From positions 26,846,001 to 26,910,000 of the forward strand of contig NC_043017.1 of the NCBI RefSeq assembly GCF_006345805.1: a stretch of DNA of 64,000 bases. Direction: 5' to 3'. The first letter of the stretch is position 1, and the number at the start of each line of letters is the position of its first letter. Source of the stretch: Octopus sinensis. Its lineage: Eukaryota. The notes under the pieces were generated by a model. It saw only the letters and a program-made list of their open reading frames with translations. It made no database searches and had not been told where the DNA came from. This document shows positions 55,121 to 64,000 of the stretch, piece after piece. Made by a program: the position numbers and the translations under genes.

Positions 55121-55782
55121 ATTTGTATATATTTATGCTTGAACGACGGGCTTATTTAAATTTCCGTCTGCCAAATTCTCTCACAAATCTTTAGTGGAAC
55201 CGATGGCTTTTTTTTCACTGTATCCATTTTATCGCGCCCACCCCTTAGAAAAATGCAGCTCACTTCCATCCTATCAATGCACAACAATCTTGGAAAATAT
55301 ATTTTTGGGTTACTATACCTTCTACAAGAATTCGTTCACATTGAAATCATTTATAAAGTGATTATACTGTAACAGTCAGTGAATATAGAGGTGCTTATGA
55401 AAAGGGCGGTTATCTGCACAGTTGGCATAAAAGAGTGCGATGAGGTGAATGATGTTAGTGCCTGGTGTCACAGAGTTGGTTTTGTTTTTCATAACCAGAT
55501 TTCCGTTAGCCTTCGGTCTACACAATTGTGCTGCGCAACAGTATTTTTTCAGGAAAATAATATTTATCAATGTCAAAATCGCTCCCAGGTGAATATCCAC
55601 TTTGTTTCGCAAATGCCAATTGAGAAAAGTGATGCATTTAAGCCAATCACCTTTTGTTATAATGCTTCAACGTGTTTTCTAACCAAATACACTAACGGCG
55701 GAAAAAAATGTTGTAGATATTTTAAGGGTCATCAAATAACTTCATTCTAGAGGTTGTGTACAGTGATATGTACCTAAGAAGG

Positions 55783-55829
<47 letters not shown>

Positions 55830-56044
55830 GTAAAGAGTATATATATATATAATATATATATATATAAAACAGAGTAAAGAGTATATATATATATATATTA
55901 TATATATATATAATTTCACTAATATTAAAAAATCTGACCAAGAAATGGAAAAGCGCGGTGTGAGTTAAAAGTAATGTGTTGCTGAAAATTCAAATCTGTT
56001 ATGAGATTTATCATAATTTTTTTTATTATCATAGGATTGATTAT

Positions 56045-56192
56045 GTGCTAAGTAGCTTGTTTACCAACCACATGGTTGTGGGTTCAAGAACTAGGCTTAC
56101 ACAGAATAAGTCCTGAAGTCGATTTGCTAGACTAAATGCGGTGCTTCAGCATGGCCGCAGTCAAATGACTGAAACTAGTAGAAGATTAAAAG
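56045..56192 (+). mobile_element. SINE-B with large internal deletion (head fused to tail)
   Basis: ...accacatggttgtgggttcaag is joined directly to actaggcttacacagaataagtcc...gactgaaac. Confidence 0.8.
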
Positions 56193-57285
56193 AATGCGTA
56201 TTCCATTATTACATTAAGTTACAGTAACATCATACTTATTCTAACCATGCTCGTTATAAGAGAACTTATAGCGTAGCTCGACATACTGAACAGGAGAGGT
56301 ATTAATATACTCTCTATAGATACGTATGGCTACTGGCAACACTTAATCTTTCTATTGTCGTAGCTTAACGGAATTTGCCAAGAATATATAATTACCCGCA
56401 GGATATAAGGTAACACAAGCGTATTGACATAAGCTAACGCCCGGGGTTTAGTTGGAAACCGGATCAGATCTGTAAACCTATGATCAAAGATGCTTCAGCT
56501 ATGACTATCCCATCTGTAGACAATCCATAGAGAGACACACCATCCAGTGTTTCATTAAAACAGAGTTTATCTCTTGAACGAAACTTGAATAATGTCTCAA
56601 GTATGTTGAGAAATTGTCTGAAATAACTCACCTTTGTTTTCTCAGCCAATGTCTTATATTTAACGTTGGTTACTATTAATTTAGATTAAGATTTCGTATA
56701 CATACGTCATACAAGATTAAGCTATGTATTATACAAGTTGTATTAGATTCCTGTTCCACAGTGTTTAAATGATATTGATTGTTAAAGAGAAGAGGATACA
56801 TATAATGTCCAAACATTACTATTCAAAATATGTGCGCTATGATCCATTCGCAAAAGTATAAATTGTACGCATGACTGTTTTAGGTTTCCAAAGACGCCTT
56901 TCCTAATGTCAGTTGGCTGTCACACTGAATTGCTTTAGGTAGATAGATCCTTTTGTGTGTGGTTTTAAGAGAGTAAATGGGAAAGGAAATAAAACAACCG
57001 CAAGAGCGCAAAGGAAGAAGAGACAAATGAGAATAAGATTGATATCGAAAACAAGATTGATTGCGTAATTATTAGGTAACGGTCAGTGAGTCCATCTACG
57101 TTTAAATATCTAAGCGAATGCTAGCGGAACTTGTGTCCTGCGCATACTTATCTTTCGAGAGTTAAAATCAATTGAAGCTAGAATCCGTTTTTTTTCCGTT
57201 ACTTATAAAAAGCTAGAATCCGTTTTTTATGTGTTACTTATAAAACGTTGGCAATATTTTATGCCTTATTATCGTTATAAGAGAT

Positions 57286-57425
57286 GTTTCTTTATTAGCC
57301 ACACAGGGCTGCACACAGATAGAACAAATTACAAGGTAATAAGAAGGGGGGGAGGGTTCGATTAAAAGGGATCGTAAAAGGAAAGAAAGAGGACAAAAAA
57401 GGGGGGGGGGTTAAAAAAAGAATAG
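57286..57425 (-). mobile_element. 3' end of the L1/Tx1-like LINE family
   Basis: gtttctttattagccacacagggctgcacacagatagaacaaattacaagg, matching the 12059 copy. Confidence 0.75.
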
Positions 57426-58140
57426 ATGCGAATACTTGCAACATATGTGATTTCACTTGAGCGTTAAAGTAACAACTTTCTTAGGAGCAAAATATAAAGA
57501 CTATTTTTTTCACAGAGAGAGGGAGAGGCAAATCAGTCTCTACAACAAATATCAGCTGCGACCATATCTCTCTTTATTTTTGCTAGTATATCTAACGATA
57601 TATTATCAAGGCAGTAGGTTATCATTTGCGAAGGAAATTTCGTTGTTATCCGAGCACGTGGATCACACTAAGGTAATTTATGATGGCGAATGACATCCGT
57701 TAGTTAGAGCAGGCTGATGTGCTTTAAGTGTGTTATTAGACAAAAATTCCCAGAGCTGATGGCGCATAAGAACCAGCATGAACTGTCAAATTGTTGACTC
57801 ACAGCACATCTATAATTTCCGTAAAATATATATTGAATGAATGACATTTAGCGATATGCAGTTTGACACTGAGATTTAAAACGGATTTCAGCAGTAAATA
57901 CAGCGCAACCGGTGAACATTACGAGAAAATAGATATTTAGTGATGGTAGAATTGGTTCTTTTGAGTCGAAGAAGGGTTATGTATTTGTGGTCGTAAACCT
58001 GACAACACTTATCGAATAATTACATACTTGAGCAAAGAAAATGAAAAATAGCTTCTGTGTGAATATAACATAAAACTTTTTTTTCCTTTCAGGAAACCGT
58101 AAACATATAATAATCGATAAATAATTACATAAATACGTGA

Positions 58141-58172
58141 TCTTTTTTTTTTTACTTATTTTTCAGGTGAGT
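58141..58172 (+). promoter_or_regulatory. Juxtaposed 3' and 5' splice consensus (polypyrimidine-TTTCAG|GTGAGT)
   Basis: tcttttttttttttacttatttttcag|gtgagt; AG at 58165-58166, GT at 58167-58168. Confidence 0.45.
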
Positions 58173-60206
58173 TTTTTTTTCCCATTTTTACAGCGGACAA
58201 GAAAAATATTTAAACCAATCACTCACGTCATGTTAAAGCAATAACAGATAATCGATTGTTTGGTTTGGTTAATATGTTATATATTTATTCGTGATTTCAG
58301 TCCCTTTCTCACAAGCATACACAGAAACACCCCCCACGCCCAGCCCATACACATTTGTGTACATATTTGAGCGATCAATATATTTGCTCATATATATCTG
58401 TATATTGGCTTCCCCGTTTATTTACAGAGAAAGGAGCGGCTCACACACTGGTGATATCTCTGTTGTAATAGTCTCCTTGCAAGTTGTTTGTTATCGTTTT
58501 GTAGTTCAATGCAAATATCTTTAAGACTACAGTCTTGCCGTCTGGAACTCAACTTCTTTTAAGTGTATTTCTGGCTACAGTGTGTGATGTATCCTGTAGT
58601 CTCCTGTGATTCTAAAAACGAGTTGGCTACAAGTTCTCTCAAATATATGGAGTAATGTTACTCCCTCTACGAACTAATACGCTTTAGAATAAAATAATGG
58701 CAGTGCGAATGAAAATCTACTAAAGGCAAAAATAGGTTCCAATAAAAAAAACAGGAGTTACTGTTTTTGGGTATTGTACTACAGTTGGTATAACACTGTT
58801 TCTGTTTGCCACAAGGGACCAAAATAGAGGGGGAAAAACAAGGACAGACAGGACACCGAGGGGTTCTTGTTTCTACTGTTCCTTACTCTGTATTTTTGTT
58901 GTGTGGACGCTCCCAGAGGATGAAGTAGACTAGCCCAATACGTAGATATAGAGGGTGAAGTCTAGACGTGAAGGGTAGCAATCGGAGAGTAGCAGAGTAG
59001 CGGTGAGAGTTGAGTAGAATTGAATCCGAACGTGCGACATAACTGTATCCTTTAGTTTTGTTAACACATGTATGAGCAATACAAGGTTAAAGAATGTTCA
59101 GACCTGCCCACCCCGACATTTATTACGCGTTTGCTATATGATTATATCATCAACTTCGTCTCATTTTAAGGAGAAAAGTGTGTGATATCGGGATGTTTTA
59201 GGTGCTAGATTCCGCATGCGGTTAAATAACAAAGTGACCATAATTTTGCATCGTAAGCCAATGGCAAAACTGCGCAGAGATTGCTTCGGCAAAACACAGC
59301 AATATTCAGAGAACAAAACGGTGTAGTAAACCCTGCAGTGTTTGGAAGTCAATGTGACATTGCATTAAAGGGTGCCATTTATGGGTGATTGCATATTCCA
59401 GGAATCAGTAAGGTATTAAAATCACATACGGTTTTATGACCCCCGATGATATATAATAGCTTAGTCGTAGACTGGATGCATTGGCAAAAACAAAACGGTA
59501 GAAAATGCATCAATTATACGTCAATAAATTGGCGATGTGCACAATTTGATATATGCGTTTATTCGCATGCATAAACAAGTGATATATTCATGTTTCCTCT
59601 ATTATATGTGCAAAGCGTTGAAAGGGAGGAACTTCATATTGGTTTAGCGTTATAGTAAAACGGGATATTTTTCAATAAATGACAATGTTTATGTAAGTTG
59701 GGTACTTATAAAAATTCTAAATAAATATGTATGACTGTGTCTACTTGAATGCGCTGAATTCCCATCGTTTGTAAAATGCGCAAAACGTAATCGATTTTAT
59801 AATATTTTTTTTTAATATATATTATGCTTTAAATTTACGATATAACTACAGAGAAAATTGTTGAGGCCGTTTAAGAGGATCTTCACTAAAGCATATATAG
59901 CTCTGTCTTCCCTTCAATGCAAATAGAGATCATATCTAAAATACACTACTGATACAGTAATACACACACCTCTAAATAATAAGCGAGTTCCTTTCTGCAT
60001 AGCATCGTTGCACATTAATGTTTATACTGAAGTCTCTTCAGTTTTTACTGGCTAAAGAAGCTAAGTTTTTATTGTAGCTTCTACTGTGATTTCACGCGTT
60101 TCATTGAAGTTCTTTCATTAGCAGTTCCTTCATCAACGGAGAAATATATCTCAAATAACGTTTGTATTCTATAGAGTTTTCTACCATGTATTAATTACCT
60201 TTCAAC

Positions 60207-60418
60207 GGTAAAAGGCGGTGAGCTGGCAAAACCGTTAGCACGCCGGGCGAAATGCGTAGCCGTATTCCGTCTGCCGTTACGTTCTGAGTTCAAATTCCGT
60301 CGACTTTGCCTTTCATCCTTTCGGGGTCGATAAATTAAGTACCAGTTACGCACTGGGGTCGATATCTGTCCTTGTTTGTCCCCTCTGTGTTTAGCCCCTT
60401 GTGGGTAGTAAAGAAATA
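60207..60418 (+). mobile_element. SINE-M monomer, 17-bp TSD
   Basis: TSD attaattacctttcaac at 60190-60206 and 60419-60435. Confidence 0.93.
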
Positions 60419-60905
60419 ATTAATTACCTTTCAACTGTTAATAACATTTGAATAAATGAGTGAATCACGTATATTCTGACGCTCTTTTTTTTTTTTTTTT
60501 TTCAAAATATCATCTGAATTTCTAACAACTTACGTTAACACTACAAATGATTATGCTTTTAAATTTTTAACCTACTCGTGTTCGTTCCCTTTACATATAT
60601 TTGAAGTCTGATACATATTTATCGGAGTTATCTGTTCTTTTGTCCACACTGCTAGGTTACAGGGATGAGTACAAAATCCATTTCTTATAAAGCAATGAAG
60701 GAAAGAGAGAAACGAACACAAAGACGCACAAAATTAGATACACCCACAAGCACACACACACAACGCCGCACAAACACATTCACATATGCATGCATCCGCT
60801 CTCTCTATCCCCCTCTCTCTCTCTCTCTCACACACATACAAATACACACATAAAAATGCGACCGCCTACTTTCTGTTCCACACAAATAAATTTACCCACA
60901 TGACC

Positions 60906-60954
<49 letters not shown>

Positions 60955-60956
<2 letters not shown>

Positions 60957-61134
60957 AATTGAGATGGGGTTGTAAATGCAACCCTCCATGGGATAACATA
61001 TATCCAATATACTGCTAGTGAAATACCCAACAAAATTAATATATATATATATACAAATTGAGATGGGGTTGTAAATGCAACCCTCCATGGGATAACATAT
61101 ATCCAATATACTGCTAGTGAAATACCCAACAAAA

Positions 61135-61140
<6 letters not shown>
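60955..61140. repeat. Exact tandem duplication, period 99 bp, bounded by (TA)n
   Basis: caaattgagatggggttgtaaatgcaaccc...cccaacaaaattaata starts at both 60955 and 61054. Confidence 0.95.
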
Positions 61141-61189
<49 letters not shown>

Positions 61190-61618
61190 TTGTGTGTACG
61201 TATACGTGTGGGTATCTATAGCTATATACATATATATATATATATATATATAATATATATATATATAGTAATATGTAAAGATAAGATCCAAGGATCAAGG
61301 TGTAGAAAGTTAGCAAATGATGGATTGTTACCAACTTAATGTAGATCGGTGAAGTTATTTCACTTGAAATTCTGTTAGTATTCAACTGCGATTCAGCACC
61401 AACAACTAGCAAAGCCAAGCTACTACAGACTGATGAAGAACATCTACCCTGAAACTAGGCTTTGTTGGGTGGAGGTTCTCATCTCCCTTGTTTGAAAGTT
61501 AAGGATACTGAACGTTTGTGTCACGTAGCCATCTTGAAACGAAGTCTCCTCGGGGATAAATAACCGTAGCACTCCTGCCTTTCCTGGGACTGTCACATTA
61601 AGTTAGCAACAAACCATC

Positions 61619-61697
<79 letters not shown>

Positions 61698-61718
61698 CAT
61701 ATGTATATATGTTTGTAA

Positions 61719-61766
<48 letters not shown>

Positions 61767-61782
61767 GTATATATGTTTGTAA

Positions 61783-61816
<34 letters not shown>

Positions 61817-62496
61817 ATATACATATATATACATACATGCATACATACTTATGTATATGTATATTTATACACGCATGCATATTAACATTAGAATATCTTG
61901 TTTCACTTATGCTTTCTCTGTTTATTTTCTGTCTATATTTTATTCCCTACTTTAAATATTCTGTCAATACTCATGTTTACTCTTCTAATATTTTAAAAGT
62001 CTCCTTCCCTTTCACTATAACATATTTTACTGGCTTCTCTTCTCACATTCAGCTCTCCTAACTATATATGTTCATTCTTAGCGCTTATTCTCTGATCTAC
62101 CTCGACTTTATCGCGTCTATACATTACACTTACGTCGTAACACAAACCGAAAGTAAAAGTAACCAGCTCCACGTGACGATTTGTTATTTCACGCAAGAAG
62201 GTCAAGACGATACGTCGTATTGTGAAAGTGCAGTCAACGCTACATACCGCGTAGTTCTTTTCACAGACAAAGAATGGCGGTCAGAAGGTACAGATTCTGC
62301 GCAGACGTAAATAGAGATGAGTTGATGAAAGAGTAGAGTATTAGCATACCGTGCTTGCTTGACTGTATCAACCCAATCGTCAGTGCTGTCTTTATTCTTG
62401 ATATATTGGCGTCGTTGTTATTCTGTCTGTAGTGAGTATGTATCCTTTGTCTGTATGAGCGTGAGAATGACAACGGGAATAATATTATGCTACGAA

Positions 62497-62790
62497 AAGG
62501 CGGCGAGCTGGCAGAAACGGTAGCACACAAAACGCGTAATTTGAAAAAAATATATATATTTCTCTTTCCAATATTGCAGATGTTTTCCGCGTCATATTTA
62601 TAGAAGAGAACATTATCGATACGTGGTTACGTGAGTTCAAATTCCGCCGAGGTCCACTTAGTCTTTCATCTTTCGGGGTCGATAATTTAAGAAGCAGTGG
62701 CGTACTGGATTCGATCTAATTGACTGACACCTCCCATAACATAACATAAGTACCAGCTGTGTACTGGCGTCGATGTAATCGAATTCCCCA
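62497..62790 (+). mobile_element. Fragmented SINE-M
   Basis: Head aaaaggcggcgagctggcagaaacggtagcac at 62497; body gagttcaaattccgccgagg...ctttcggggtcgataa from ~62633. Confidence 0.7.
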
Positions 62791-64000
62791 CCGGCAAAGA
62801 AACAAAAACAAAAACAAAAACACATGCTGGCCGTGTACCAAAATTGGAAACCACTTTTAAGGCAGCGATCTGACAGGATCGTTCGCACGCCAGTCGAAAA
62901 TTCTTAGTACTATTCCGCTCGCTTTTACGTCCCGGGTTCAAACTCCGCCGAAATAGACATTAATTTGAAGCTTCTCGGGTTTCATACAAAAAGTACAAAT
63001 TGAGCATTGCGTTCCATGCAATTGACACATCGTCCCCTCAAAATTGAGGGCATCGTGCCCAAATTAGAATACGCTATTAAGTGTAAGCACGGAATAAGGT
63101 TGACATAATTTATTCTGTTCAAGGAGCTCTGAACTTATGAATAAAATGTTTGCACATATCTTTTTACAGCAAGATTTGGTTTCGGTATTCATCAAAGGTG
63201 TCTGAGATGCGGAAGAAATTTAACTTTATAATCATTTCGTGTGACATTATAAAGGTTCTTCGCATGATTTAAATTCAATATATTTCCCTTCACATTCAAA
63301 TTATATTCAGAAACCATCTGCTTCGGATTTCCTTCATAATTTCCTAAGGATGATAATAGACGTATGAGTAACGTTATGATTTCCAATTATTATTGAACAT
63401 GAGAGCAATTTATGTTGCATCACTCACAAGTCCATAAAATTAGATTTCCGTATTATTTGTCTTTCATTCCATCAAATATATCAGAAGCTTCCTAACATAA
63501 GGATACAGTTTTATTAGAGAATAATGATATCACACAAAATTTAACGAGAAAGATCCTTTGTATTAAATTTCGTTCTATACCTACCCCACTCTACATCCTT
63601 CTCCCTGCGTTTCGACATTGCAATGGACATTTCAAGGGTATATTCATTTGAGCGGGATCATTTATGTGTGATTTAGATTATTATACAGAAGTATCTCGAA
63701 TTTGATGCCCTGGGTGGATGGTCTTCAAACCAATTAAACGCACGTATTCATATCGTGAGAAGTCTGCATGATTCTCAGATGTCGATGCGGGAAAATACGT
63801 CGCACTTTTCCATAAATGCAACATACATACATACGCGCGCACACACACACACACACAGGACATATATGTGTATATATATAGTATATATATATATATGTAT
63901 ATGATTGTTGGTGTGTGTGAGTGTGTGAATATATTTAAATATGTCTCTCCGTCTCAATTTATATATATATATATATATATAAGTATATATATATATATTG

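Noticed and set aside
56464-56649. 61-aa minus-strand ORF with a nearby AAG|GTGAGT
   Set aside because: Non-ATG start, no recognisable family and no coherent exon boundaries
57175-57245. ~35-bp tandem duplication (aagctagaatccgttttt...ttacttataaa)
   Set aside because: Ordinary local slippage duplication with no further structure
62068-62310. 80-aa ORF with protein-like composition
   Set aside because: No motif recognised and no supporting splice signals; a homology search would be needed

Overview
Eukaryotic, very AT-rich, microsatellite-saturated non-coding DNA. The repeat families look like those of an octopod cephalopod (from recall, not a database search). I recognise no host protein-coding exon, rRNA gene, true tRNA gene or CRISPR array, and most ORFs in the supplied track are translations of (TA)n/(CA)n/(GATA)n/(AAT)n repeats. 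What the sequence does support: (i) about 30 copies of four tRNA-headed SINE types, named here SINE-A, -B, -C and -M, several with 9-17 bp target-site duplications (TSDs); (ii) LINE 3' ends from CR1, two RTE types and an L1/Tx1-like family; (iii) a decayed mariner transposase with one terminal inverted repeat (TIR), plus several MITE-like foldbacks; (iv) a 100-N scaffold gap. The most interesting observations are four: a four-copy interspersed repeat that folds as a minimal hammerhead ribozyme with a non-canonical CUGUNGA core; two TSD-flanked head-to-tail SINE multimers sharing the same head-less junction; a Tx1-like LINE found repeatedly inside (TATC)n-type microsatellites in one orientation; and a strong AG|GTGAGT recursive-splice-like site at 58166/58167. 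Repeat boundaries were read by eye and are approximate unless a TSD fixes them.
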